Shown piece by piece: positions 30,485-40,497 of a stretch of DNA of 64,000 nt (position 1 is its first letter; each line of letters begins with the position of its first letter). Source of the stretch: Bacteroidota bacterium (GTDB lineage Bacteria > Bacteroidota > Bacteroidia > Chitinophagales > Chitinophagaceae); assembly GCA_013289015.1 (NCBI GenBank), contig JABDAV010000006.1:653-64652 (forward strand), written 5' to 3'. The position numbers and the translations under genes were made by a program. The notes under the pieces were generated by a model, which was not told where the DNA came from, made no database searches, and saw only the letters and a list, made by a program, of their open reading frames with translations.

Positions 30485-31283
30485 TAATCCCCATTCTTCT
30501 CTGTATGGTTGCTTATACCTGCAATGCCTTTCAGGTTGCTCTCGCAAGTTTGTCACACTCCTTGCTCCTCCGCTTTCTTCGTTCGGACAGCTCCTGTACC
30601 CTGTTACATCACTTCATTCATGCTGCCGTGTTCCGCTTCATCCGTTTGCTCACAGCCCACACACAATTGCTCAGCATGGCTTTTATTAACACCCGCACGC
30701 CAATCATTCGCACAGAGAAAAGCACATGCTTCACTCCTTTCCGTTGTTCGCTGCACGATCAATTACGCTCCACATCGTTGCATTCATTCAGTCCTGTACA
30801 GTGTTACCCGCTGTCAATGTTTGTGCTCGCCTGCGCAGCCTGCTTCGGCTTCGTGTTTGTCATAGTTTTTGCCAATACACAAAAGCCCACACACGAATCA
30901 AAAACTACGGCCAAACACTCGCGTATAACGTAGTTGGCTACCGCCATTTCATGGCTCTCAATATCCAACACCGCAAGCAGGCACTCGCGCGGCAATTCTG
31001 TCGTTCCTCCGCCATTGCCTTAACGGCTCGCCGCTTCAATACCTGCAAGTTTTCGGTAACGCCTAGCTTCTTTGCTTGTTAAATGTATCGTAGATAAAGA
31101 TCAGTGTTTGGTTGTATAGAAGCAATGTATTAACTCATTCTCATACTTCGGCGTAATGTTAGAAGCCGATGTGATTTTAAAAATTAAGCGGTTACAAAAC
31201 CCAAAAAACTGTAGCTATTACCTCCAAAAAGATTCTGCATTATTGATACATTTGAACTAACTTACTATTCAAATTGATACGAA

Positions 31284-31727
31284 ATGGAAACCAATAACGA
31301 ATTTTATCAAATTGCCCTGCAAGAGGTTAACGGAGGTGATTTTAATTGTAGCAATTTTACTCCACAACAAAGGGAAGAACTTATTCAACAGATTGCATCG
31401 AAACTAGAGGAAAACCAAACCACGGAAATTTCGGGAGTTTTAGGTGTTTCATGGAAAGATAAACTTAAATGCTATTCCTGTACGGGAGGACTAACAGTAG
31501 GTTTTGGTACTGCCTTGGCGGCATTGATAGCTGCAGGTGTAATCGCTGCCGTGACTGTTGGCCCTGAAACAGCAGTAGTTGCTGGAATTGCCGGATTTCT
31601 CGGCGAATCTGTAATAAGTGCAGCAACAGTTGCAACTATTATAAATGGTTTTCTAGCATCTGCCTCTGCTGCGTCCGTGGCTGCAATAATAGATGCTATT
31701 TGCACAGCTGCCCATGCCTGTAAGTAA
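31284..31727 (+). CDS. Bacteriocin-like precursor
   Basis: LQEVNGG double-glycine-like motif; Ala/Gly-rich hydrophobic C-half bracketed by CYSC and CTAAHAC. Confidence 0.55.
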   Translation: METNNEFYQIALQEVNGGDFNCSNFTPQQREELIQQIASKLEENQTTEISGVLGVSWKDKLKCYSCTGGLTVGFGTALAALIAAGVIAAVTVGPETAVVAGIAGFLGESVISAATVATIINGFLASASAASVAAIIDAICTAAHACK

Positions 31728-31881
31728 TGTAAGTAAGTACTTTTTGTTATTTTTTTCTATGTGGAAAGTTTGAAAACTCTCAAAATCAAAACCATATAAT
31801 TTGCCAAATAAAAAGGCGCAAAACAACATTCGTCTGTTTTAGCTGTTCATGTATTTACTCTTTAAAGGTGTTTTTCATGAC

Positions 31882-32086
31882 TTGACCAGTGCTAACGGCA
31901 AAGTTATTCCTTCCGCACAATTTCATGCCGGCAAGGTCTGCATTCGTTCCTCATTTGCCTGCCGGTTTTAAACAAAAAATCTCCACACTCACCACTATTG
32001 AAATACTATCCATCGAGGTAGTATTTTTTCTTTAAAAACCTTGCCTTCATTCCCACCCTTCATTACTGTTGCCTATCACTGGTCAA
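31882..32086 (+). promoter_or_regulatory. Long nested inverted repeat upstream of the small ORF-ssb operon
   Basis: ttgaccagtg/cactggtcaa, ggcaaagt/actgttgcc, ggcaaggt/accttgcc, ttttaaacaaaaaat/attttttctttaaaa nested stems. Confidence 0.7.
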
Positions 32087-32133
32087 TGTTGGCACTTGTG
32101 TCAACTATTCTTTCATCATTAATTAAAACAGTT

Positions 32134-32346
32134 ATGATACACACAACACGGCTTTCACACCTTATGAAGTTATCTTGGGAAATTCAGCACAAGAAACGAA
32201 GCACTCGTTCCAAAGCACTGCAAGCTGCATGGGCTATAACCCTAAACGAAGATATAACGATTTACTACCTCGTCAAGAGACATAGCAACGAACACCATGT
32301 CAACAAAGTAAACCCTAATAGTCTTGCATTATTCAGTCAATACTAA
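32134..32346 (+). CDS. Small basic hypothetical protein
   Basis: ATG 32134 after A/T-rich leader; LMKLSWEIQ...SKALQAAW motif; precedes ssb. Confidence 0.6.
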   Translation: MIHTTRLSHLMKLSWEIQHKKRSTRSKALQAAWAITLNEDITIYYLVKRHSNEHHVNKVNPNSLALFSQY

Positions 32347-32376
32347 AATCATTTATAACTATTAAAATAAACAATC

Positions 32377-32745
32377 ATGGAAATCATCGGAAGAATCACA
32401 AAGGATGCAGTCGTACGAACCATTAAGAAAACCAATCGCACAGTCGTATCATTTACCATTGCAATCAACGATTATTACAAATCAAAAGATGCAGAGAAAG
32501 GCATAAAGACAACGACCTATATTGACTGTAGTTATTGGCTTAGTTCAACGGTGGCTAAGTTCCTCGTTCAAGGTGCACTCGTTGAAGTGCATGGTCGCAT
32601 CTATGCAACCGCATATATGAGCAAACAGAATGAACCAAAGGCAAGCATTAATTGTCATGTTAATTCGTTTAAGATACATGGCCCGACCACAAAGAAAAAA
32701 GAAGAGCAACCAGTAGATTCTGGAAATGGTGATATGCCATTTTAG
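32377..32745 (+). CDS. ssb: Single-stranded DNA-binding protein
   Basis: IIGRITKDA, FTIAIND, GALVEVHGRI, acidic DMPF tail. Confidence 0.9.
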   Translation: MEIIGRITKDAVVRTIKKTNRTVVSFTIAINDYYKSKDAEKGIKTTTYIDCSYWLSSTVAKFLVQGALVEVHGRIYATAYMSKQNEPKASINCHVNSFKIHGPTTKKKEEQPVDSGNGDMPF

Positions 32746-32754
32746 TTTTGATTG

Positions 32755-32788
32755 AAAGAATTTGCGGCTTTAAAGTCTCAAATTCTTT
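32755..32788. terminator. Hairpin between convergent genes
   Basis: aaagaatttg...caaattcttt. Confidence 0.45.
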
Positions 32789-32823
32789 GAGATTCCTTTA
32801 TTCGCAATTAGCAACAAAACCAA

Positions 32824-34686
32824 TTACAACTTTACAACCTTTAATTTCATCTTCTGGGTGTCACTCATAAGTGTTATGAAATAAACACCCGTAGGGTATT
32901 TTGACAAATCAATTTGTATCACTTGCCGACCTATGGAATTAATCATTTCTGTTTCTAATTTCTGCCCGATTGCAGATGAAACCGTATAACTGATGTTTGC
33001 GCTACTTTGTGTGCAAACCGCGATGTTCACCATTCCAGTCGTAGGGTTTGGATAGAGAATGCTGTCGGGGGTTAGTTGATTTACCGTAAACGCTTTGACG
33101 CTTTTACAAGAATCAGAAGTAAATGCAATAATTGTAAGCAGATAATTACCCGGCTGTATATTCGTAATCGCTGAACCCGTTTGATCTACTGGAGTATTTG
33201 TCGTTTTATTAAACCATTCATAGCGATAACCATTTGGATTGCCAAGCACATTAGCCTGCAGCGTTACCCCTGCACCAAAGCAAGTTGCATTATAATCAGT
33301 TGAGATTCCCACGAGATTGTCAGCAGTTGGCCCCGAAATAGAAACCGAATCTTTAAGCATACACTTGTTACCAAAATTTTCTGTTACTGTGACTACGTAG
33401 GTTCCATTAGGAAGCGAATCTATTTTTTGCGTGGTAAAGGTCTGAGTAAGATTTGTGCCGGTCCATGCATAAGAATAATTCGACGCATCTTTTTGAACTT
33501 TAACCAGTGCATTTCCTTTATCAATCCCATAACAAGTGTTATCGGTTTTATCGATCCCATTAATGATTGCTGTAGGTTGTGTTATGGTAAACGGCAGGGA
33601 ATTGTAACAGCCGGTAAATGAATTACGAACACGAACAGAATAACTTCCCGGTGAAAGGTTTGTGATACTATCTTTTGGAGTAAATGAAGTATCATTTATA
33701 TTACTCCAATGATATGAGTACGATGCACGAGTATCAGGGATTATGATATTAACATGCGCTAAACCGTTGCCATATTCAAAACATGTGATGTTTTGTGACT
33801 GCACAGCAAAGGAATCTACAAATTGAGGTTGAATTGTATAGCTCTGTTTGCATGAAGCGGTGCTGTCTATCGTGCTTTTTATTGTCACAGAATAATTTCC
33901 AGGTGACAGGCTTGCAAGATGTGATGTTGTTTGTCCGGTATTCCATCGATAACTATACAGTGATGAATCTGAAGGCATGAGCGCAATACTTCCATTATTG
34001 CTATGCGGACAGCTTTCATTATGCACGACTGGGCTAACTATCACCGATCCAGCAATAAGAAAATTAAATGTCTTAATACAACCCGTATACGTATTGCGGA
34101 TGGCAACGGTATATTTCCCAGGAGCAATATTTGAAATGGAATCAGTAGTTGTAAAAGCGGTGTCGTTGCTCGTACTCCAATGATACACATACTTAGCACG
34201 AACATCAGGAACAACAACAGATACTTTGGATGAAGTGACACTATTTGCGGTACAGAAGTCATCATGAGTTTTTAAAATAAATGAATCAACAAACTGGGAT
34301 TTAACCGTAAAAGTTTTTGAGCAGGTAGCTTTAGAAGCAGTATCTATTATTAATACAGAATAATTACCTGGTGATAAATTATTAATTGTGGGACTTGTTA
34401 AACCATTATTCCATTTATAGCTAAAATAACTTGAAGAAGTAAGCGTTATTGATCCATCATTTGAGTGAGGACATGTTTCGTTTGTAACACTGTCTTTTGT
34501 TATAATATCGTATTGATATATTGACTTTCTATTGCCGTTTGCATCGTAAGTATATTTAATTCCTGAACAATCACCATTATCTATTTGAGTCAGTCTGTTA
34601 TAATTATCATAGATATATTGATCGTATTGTGAGTATGATTTACTAAAAAATAGAATGAATAATATGATAAATGAAAATCTTTTCAC
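32824..34686 (-). CDS. SprB-like repeat protein with N-terminal YD repeat and T9SS CTD
   Basis: YIYDNYNRLTQI...YTYDANGNR; C...NDGSI..YSYxW..NLSPGNYSV repeats; LYPNPTTG...GVYFI...KVVKL. Confidence 0.85.
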   Translation of the reverse strand: MKRFSFIILFILFFSKSYSQYDQYIYDNYNRLTQIDNGDCSGIKYTYDANGNRKSIYQYDIITKDSVTNETCPHSNDGSITLTSSSYFSYKWNNGLTSPTINNLSPGNYSVLIIDTASKATCSKTFTVKSQFVDSFILKTHDDFCTANSVTSSKVSVVVPDVRAKYVYHWSTSNDTAFTTTDSISNIAPGKYTVAIRNTYTGCIKTFNFLIAGSVIVSPVVHNESCPHSNNGSIALMPSDSSLYSYRWNTGQTTSHLASLSPGNYSVTIKSTIDSTASCKQSYTIQPQFVDSFAVQSQNITCFEYGNGLAHVNIIIPDTRASYSYHWSNINDTSFTPKDSITNLSPGSYSVRVRNSFTGCYNSLPFTITQPTAIINGIDKTDNTCYGIDKGNALVKVQKDASNYSYAWTGTNLTQTFTTQKIDSLPNGTYVVTVTENFGNKCMLKDSVSISGPTADNLVGISTDYNATCFGAGVTLQANVLGNPNGYRYEWFNKTTNTPVDQTGSAITNIQPGNYLLTIIAFTSDSCKSVKAFTVNQLTPDSILYPNPTTGMVNIAVCTQSSANISYTVSSAIGQKLETEMINSIGRQVIQIDLSKYPTGVYFITLMSDTQKMKLKVVKL

Positions 34687-34695
34687 TTAAAATTT

Positions 34696-35226
34696 TTATT
34701 GAATACTTGGTCCCTTAGCCCATCTAAAAAAACTCATTTTTGTTATTACCTTTTCAGGATTTACAAAAAAATCTAAATCTTGTTTTCCAATCATTAAGCT
34801 CGTGACAACAATCTTTGTTGAATTATTTAAGGTTAAAACCATATGGCAGTAGAGATCCCATGGTATATAAAACTTAAGCCCTGTTTGATATCCTTGTTTA
34901 GATTTATATGAGATACTTCTTTCAATTTTAGCAATATCAAATAAACTGAATATAACTTTTTTCTGCTTGTGAATAAAAGTATATTCTCCTCTTAATGAAT
35001 CGAAAAAAAGAACATCATCTTTATTGATTAGATAATAATTTAGATGGATAGCGATTAATGGAATTAAAAGGGTTAAAAGATATATTAGACAAAACTTAGT
35101 CATAAAAAAAGCATCATTTATTTTAAAAAAAGGAGCAATAAGAAAAACGGTTAACACGACAAAAGCAACTGAAGCAATCTGTTTTGCATTTTGCCATTCA
35201 TTTTTAAATGTTATTTGATATTTCAT
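34696..35226 (-). CDS. Putative membrane immunity protein
   Basis: Immediately downstream of RHS toxin; two TM segments; start ATG 35226 (MKYQIT). Confidence 0.6.
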   Translation of the reverse strand: MKYQITFKNEWQNAKQIASVAFVVLTVFLIAPFFKINDAFFMTKFCLIYLLTLLIPLIAIHLNYYLINKDDVLFFDSLRGEYTFIHKQKKVIFSLFDIAKIERSISYKSKQGYQTGLKFYIPWDLYCHMVLTLNNSTKIVVTSLMIGKQDLDFFVNPEKVITKMSFFRWAKGPSIQ

Positions 35227-35233
35227 AGCACAA

Positions 35234-38200
35234 TCAACGTAGTTCTTTATGTCTCTGCCACTGTTCATATGCAATTTCCCAAGAGAAAATATCTATATCT
35301 ATTAATAAGCCAGCAACTCCTCCGTATTCAGGAAGCTTACTCAAACTTTCACTAAGTAAAATACTACTCAAATCAAAAGTGAGTCTCGATAACGAAATTT
35401 GCTTTTTTCGATAAGCATAAATATCATACGAAATTTCAGTAGCTGTTAAAGCAACACTTGCGTATCCGAGACCTGATATAATTTTGTCTAAAGTATTACC
35501 ATAATCAAGAGATGCTGGTAGTCCGTTTGTTTCAAGTTCAAATAAGTTCCATTTTTTTAAATCTTCAAAACCTAATTTAAGTGATTCGGAAGCAGTGCTG
35601 CCAATTTCCGAATTAGTCTCCACATCTCTACCAGTCGGATCAATATTGCTCAACGAATTATTCGCTCCATAGGTAAATAAGTTAGTACTCCAATTTTTAT
35701 CTGGTCCGTAAAACCTTCCTGCAACAGGATCATAATATCTTGCCCGCATGTAATATAAATGTGGACTCTCATACATGACACCATACTTTCCGACGAAAAG
35801 AAATGGTGTAGCAGTTTTCAATGAATCGGATGATTCAGTTATTTGACCAAATGGATCATACTTATAATATTGCTTGACAGTTTGATTATCATCAACCAGT
35901 GCTACAGTACTTCCTCTAAAATCATAGAGATAATATGTTTTCGAATTTGTATTTGGATCAATGCTACAGACTAATCCATAAGGTGAGTGAGCATACAGCA
36001 ACGTATAGTCAGAGGAACCGCGTTGCTGTACCCCTACTATATTACTGTTGTGTAAATTGTCAAGTGTATAAATGTTGTCGTCATCTGCATACCGCACACC
36101 GGCTGGATCGTATGCAAATTGTTTGTTTTTGCCATCAGCAGTGCATGACAATAGGTTATTGTCGAAGTTGTAATAGTCAGCAGTGAAGTTGCTTTGTAAA
36201 TTAGTATAAACGTTCCCTTCGTTATCATTTTTGAGTACTGTTCCGTTTGCATCAGTCATTCGATTGTTTGCATCATAATGGTATGTTGGCGGTTGAAATA
36301 CAGAAGAACTGTAATTTGCTCCATTCCACTTGACGAAGAATGATTCCCGAATGTGATTGCCGTTGTTATCCAAACTGCATCCGACTGCATGCAAGCGTGT
36401 ACCATCTGATTTTACGCTCCAAATACTATCAAGCCGCTCTGCCGCATCATACTGATAGTGCACTACCACGCCATTTCCCAATGTTTCGTAGTCAAGCAAG
36501 CCACTTGTGGAATAGTTATATTTGACTAATGAAGCATTATTCCAATCTTTGACTTCCGAGATTCTGTTTAATGCATCGTATGAATAATTAAAATTCTTCC
36601 CAGATGTTCCCAAAGAAATTTGAGTAACGTTATTTGAGTTGTCGTATGTGTAGCCAACAGACGATGAGATGTTTGGTGCAGAATAATTTTGATTTTTTAT
36701 TCGCAGTAAGTCATCGTAGCTATATTGATATTCTGATGTTCCGTCTACAAACCTGAGATAGTCAAGCATATTGTTGGTTGGATAGTATTCATAACTGCGA
36801 TATCCATCACTTTGAATTTTTCCTTCATTTGGATCACCTTGTGGATAATACAAGTAATTAAATTGAGCGCCATTTTTATTTATATACTGTTGCAATGTGC
36901 CGTCATTGTTATAGTTCCAACTACGAACTATGTTATTGCTTGTGAACTCCTTTTCAAGATCATCTGAGTTGTTGTATTGCAGAGTTGTCGAGTCGTTATT
37001 GGGATCAATGATTGCATGAATGTTGTCATTCTCATCATACATGTATTGTGTGGTCAATTTAAGGCTATCCTTATCCGCAGTAATACTCGTTATATTGTCA
37101 TCAGGATCATAGGAATACTGAGTTATGTGCCCATTGCCATCAGTTATATCCATTATTCTGCTTAGGTCATCGTAGACAGCGCTTTGTTTGACAGCAGTTC
37201 CGTCATATGAAATCGAATTAAGGTTGCCATACCCGTTATATCCAATGCTTATCGTAGCAGTGCCATCGGTCTCTTTCGTTATTCTTTCAAATTGATCTCG
37301 GGTGTATGTTTTGTTATATCCTAAAGGTCCCGATTCATTTGTCAGGTTATTTTGATTATCATATGTGTATGTAATAACTGATCCATTTTGCAGTGTGTGG
37401 CTAATAATATCATTTACTTCATCATACATGAAAGACTCCACTTGCGAATTATTATTTTGACCTGTAATACTGTGTTGGAGTATGTTTCCGTTAACATCGT
37501 ACTTGAAATTTTCAAACAAGTCTTGATGAATATTTGTAATTAATGTTGGTAGGGTTGGATTGGCTTGATCGCTATACTCAATAGCGATGTTTGAACTATT
37601 ACTTGTTGACTGTATAAGATTATAAATATTTCCATAATTGTAAGAGGTTGTATAAGCAGTTCCGTTCAATGGAGAAACCTGAACTGAAGTTTGTACAGAC
37701 GTTGAAGTTGAAGTATAAGCAGTCCCGAAATGTATGGTCGCTGAGTAATTTGGTGTTGAAATTATTTGCAGTTTTCTTTCGTTATAACTTGCAGTTATTA
37801 CATTTCTCTTCGGTCTTGTTATAGACTGTAACAAATTCTGATATCCATTTCCATAATAGTATGCATAATTTGTTGTAAAATTTTTTTGATTTGTTGACGA
37901 ACTTAAATTTAAATTCTGCCAATCAACATAGAATGTAATTGTTCTTCCGGTGTTATCGTTTACTGCATTTAGGACGTCAGTGCCTGGGTAATAGGTAAAG
38001 TGTAAATATCTTCCGCCGAAGTTATCGGTCACTTGAACTAGTCGACTATAGGTTCCGGTTGCTCCATATCCACGTTGACTGCATACAGATGGTTCATAAA
38101 CAAACGTGAGGTAATTATTGTTACGGTCAGTGATTGATTGAAGTAACAACAATCCGCCATCCTTCTTAAATACATACGTAATCTGATCTTTTGTTTTAAT

Positions 38201-39838
38201 CGAAAAGTTTTGAACATGACCATTAATTAAGTTGCTTCCAGAAATTTGGCAGTATTTGCCTTGTGTAAGATATTGACCAACTCCATTTTGTACACTTATC
38301 ATGTCGAGGCTTCCATCACCCCAATGCACCGCTAAATATGCATCGTTACCAGCATTGTCTGTAATCGTTTGAATATAGATGTTATATGAAAACGTCCACC
38401 CAATTCCAAGCGGATATAATCGCTCTTTTACACTTTCCATTTCAACCGAACCAGATGGTAATTCCATATTTAACAGGGGCATATCAGTAAGGTCGGAATG
38501 ATAGCTATAATTGAAATCAAGGCCGATACCGCTGCTCGGAATATGAAAGCCATCATGTTCATATGTTTCAAACGCAGCTTTTGTTATATCTGCGGCTCCT
38601 GAAGTATTTGTTGGTTTCAGATTATTTGGAACATAAAACGCAGCACTATCAAGTGCAGGATGTTGATTACCGTACCGTTCATACATACGATCTAACATTA
38701 CAAGAAAAAAATATCCCGGGTATGTTTGAGTATAGAAGCCTTGGTCATTATAGTATCCATCCAATAATCCTATCTCTTTCGCTTTTTGAAAATATCCGTA
38801 GTTAAAATCATCTGTATAAATATTGGAGAAAAAAGTGCTTGAGGTATGAGAGAATTTGTTTTGATTATTCAGATCAGGAGAAATATTATAAGCCTCAAGT
38901 AGCATTCGCAAAATATCGCCGAGTGAAACAGCATTTTTTGGGTGGATAGCAAAGAAATCTCGCGGTATACATGATGTGCCATCACCGTACTCCAAGAAAG
39001 TTAATGCATTTACTATTTGAGGGTGATCACTGGTTGCAATATTAGTAATCATCGAAGGGTAATAATCACAAGGAAACGTATACGGAACATAATTCAATCC
39101 ATTATATAATGAAGAAACTGTAAAAAAAGCAGCTTGATCAAGAGAATATGTCGGCAATGTTGAAACATCGATAGTACTAGTTATGATGCCATGTTCACAT
39201 AAGTAATCAGCGGCCGTAACAACATTCAGGTCTGATGGAATTGGGCCATTGATCCAATTTACGCAACCTGTCGTTCCTCCTCCACCTGAAGTTGTTACAT
39301 TCAGTTGAACATTGTCAATTCGAAAAGCAGTATTATGACCATCGATACTTTGAGTTGAAATGAATTCGAGCGTAACAGTGAGTCCTTTGTGCTGCATTAA
39401 AAAAGCACTGACATCCGCAGACACTGTAGAACAAGAACCATTCGTATAATTGAGATTAGTTAGTTGGGTTATTTCTGTGGCTTGTCCATTATAGAAAAAA
39501 TAGACAGTCAGAATATCTGTTGGAGTATTGTAATTGGTTGTTCCTGTATTGTTTGAAAAACTAAAAGTGCCGCCGGTACAATCATTTGGAATAGTAATGC
39601 TTTCAGCGAGTGTGCCCGATGCATCATCGATGTCTGAACATTGTGACGATGAGGTATACGCATATGGATCACTGAAATCGCAGGGATGATATATGCAACT
39701 GTTATAATGAAAATTTCCCGTCATATTCCATGCATAATACGGTATTGAGAAATCTCCATTCGCAACAAGATTTTGACTTTGAGAGTAACCACTAAGCCAG
39801 CAAATTAGCAGCAGCAGGAAGATAGGGTAGCGCCTCAT
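35234..39838 (-). CDS. RHS/YD-repeat toxin
   Basis: Signal peptide from ATG 39838, LGIGWTFSY, many YD repeats, YDPFG, YYMRARYYDP, NIDPTG core end, hydrophobic C-terminal toxin. Confidence 0.88.
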   Translation of the reverse strand: MRRYPIFLLLLICWLSGYSQSQNLVANGDFSIPYYAWNMTGNFHYNSCIYHPCDFSDPYAYTSSSQCSDIDDASGTLAESITIPNDCTGGTFSFSNNTGTTNYNTPTDILTVYFFYNGQATEITQLTNLNYTNGSCSTVSADVSAFLMQHKGLTVTLEFISTQSIDGHNTAFRIDNVQLNVTTSGGGGTTGCVNWINGPIPSDLNVVTAADYLCEHGIITSTIDVSTLPTYSLDQAAFFTVSSLYNGLNYVPYTFPCDYYPSMITNIATSDHPQIVNALTFLEYGDGTSCIPRDFFAIHPKNAVSLGDILRMLLEAYNISPDLNNQNKFSHTSSTFFSNIYTDDFNYGYFQKAKEIGLLDGYYNDQGFYTQTYPGYFFLVMLDRMYERYGNQHPALDSAAFYVPNNLKPTNTSGAADITKAAFETYEHDGFHIPSSGIGLDFNYSYHSDLTDMPLLNMELPSGSVEMESVKERLYPLGIGWTFSYNIYIQTITDNAGNDAYLAVHWGDGSLDMISVQNGVGQYLTQGKYCQISGSNLINGHVQNFSIKTKDQITYVFKKDGGLLLLQSITDRNNNYLTFVYEPSVCSQRGYGATGTYSRLVQVTDNFGGRYLHFTYYPGTDVLNAVNDNTGRTITFYVDWQNLNLSSSTNQKNFTTNYAYYYGNGYQNLLQSITRPKRNVITASYNERKLQIISTPNYSATIHFGTAYTSTSTSVQTSVQVSPLNGTAYTTSYNYGNIYNLIQSTSNSSNIAIEYSDQANPTLPTLITNIHQDLFENFKYDVNGNILQHSITGQNNNSQVESFMYDEVNDIISHTLQNGSVITYTYDNQNNLTNESGPLGYNKTYTRDQFERITKETDGTATISIGYNGYGNLNSISYDGTAVKQSAVYDDLSRIMDITDGNGHITQYSYDPDDNITSITADKDSLKLTTQYMYDENDNIHAIIDPNNDSTTLQYNNSDDLEKEFTSNNIVRSWNYNNDGTLQQYINKNGAQFNYLYYPQGDPNEGKIQSDGYRSYEYYPTNNMLDYLRFVDGTSEYQYSYDDLLRIKNQNYSAPNISSSVGYTYDNSNNVTQISLGTSGKNFNYSYDALNRISEVKDWNNASLVKYNYSTSGLLDYETLGNGVVVHYQYDAAERLDSIWSVKSDGTRLHAVGCSLDNNGNHIRESFFVKWNGANYSSSVFQPPTYHYDANNRMTDANGTVLKNDNEGNVYTNLQSNFTADYYNFDNNLLSCTADGKNKQFAYDPAGVRYADDDNIYTLDNLHNSNIVGVQQRGSSDYTLLYAHSPYGLVCSIDPNTNSKTYYLYDFRGSTVALVDDNQTVKQYYKYDPFGQITESSDSLKTATPFLFVGKYGVMYESPHLYYMRARYYDPVAGRFYGPDKNWSTNLFTYGANNSLSNIDPTGRDVETNSEIGSTASESLKLGFEDLKKWNLFELETNGLPASLDYGNTLDKIISGLGYASVALTATEISYDIYAYRKKQISLSRLTFDLSSILLSESLSKLPEYGGVAGLLIDIDIFSWEIAYEQWQRHKELR

Positions 39839-40006
39839 TTCAATTAGTTCATGCAATAAATATAAATTATTTTTTTACAAATTATCAATTTGATTGCGGG
39901 TATTTAGCCCTTTAAAAACGGGAAAATTCCCGTTTACTTATGCTTTTCATTGTATCTATTTTTAATAATCAAACCAACTTACTCACTTTTAAACTAACGA
40001 TTACCT

Positions 40007-40492
40007 ATGGCAATTCCCGTCGCTCAAGTGCTCTCCCATTGGCAGCACTATTTTCAAGGCTTAAACATGTCCGCAGATGCATTTTATTCACAAGTTGAAA
40101 AAACATTGCAGGCGCAACAAATGCCCGATACGAAGATCAGTCGTGCAAAACACAAAGAAGGTGGTATGTTTTCCGCTTCACGCGAATACCTGCGCATTCA
40201 ACATGCAGACTTGGTATTTGATATTTGTGCAGCACCATTTGGCAAAAATTTCTTTGTATCGTGGTGGCTCTACGAAACAGAAGGTACTCTTAATTCACTG
40301 TTCAAATCAACAAAAGTTGGTGACTATTTGCGTGACCGAGCAGCACGCCGTACTTTTTTTGAAATTGATGGTGAAAACATGTTTCGCGAATGCGTGCACC
40401 AAGCTCTTATGAAAACGCTTGATGCCATTATGGAAGAAAAAGGATTTAAACTCACCGAGACAGAGCGTCAAATTAAAGACATTGCAGCATAG
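40007..40492 (+). CDS. Hypothetical protein co-transcribed with ATPase
   Basis: 161 aa, 5 bp before ATPase; EGGMFSASREYL, ICAAPFG, FVSWW. Confidence 0.75.
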   Translation: MAIPVAQVLSHWQHYFQGLNMSADAFYSQVEKTLQAQQMPDTKISRAKHKEGGMFSASREYLRIQHADLVFDICAAPFGKNFFVSWWLYETEGTLNSLFKSTKVGDYLRDRAARRTFFEIDGENMFRECVHQALMKTLDAIMEEKGFKLTETERQIKDIAA

Positions 40493-40497
40493 AAGCC

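Noticed and set aside
30469-31082. Overlapping ORFs of 154, 118, 118 and 63 aa
   Set aside because: Odd composition, mutual overlap and no motifs; one starts inside repeat R4
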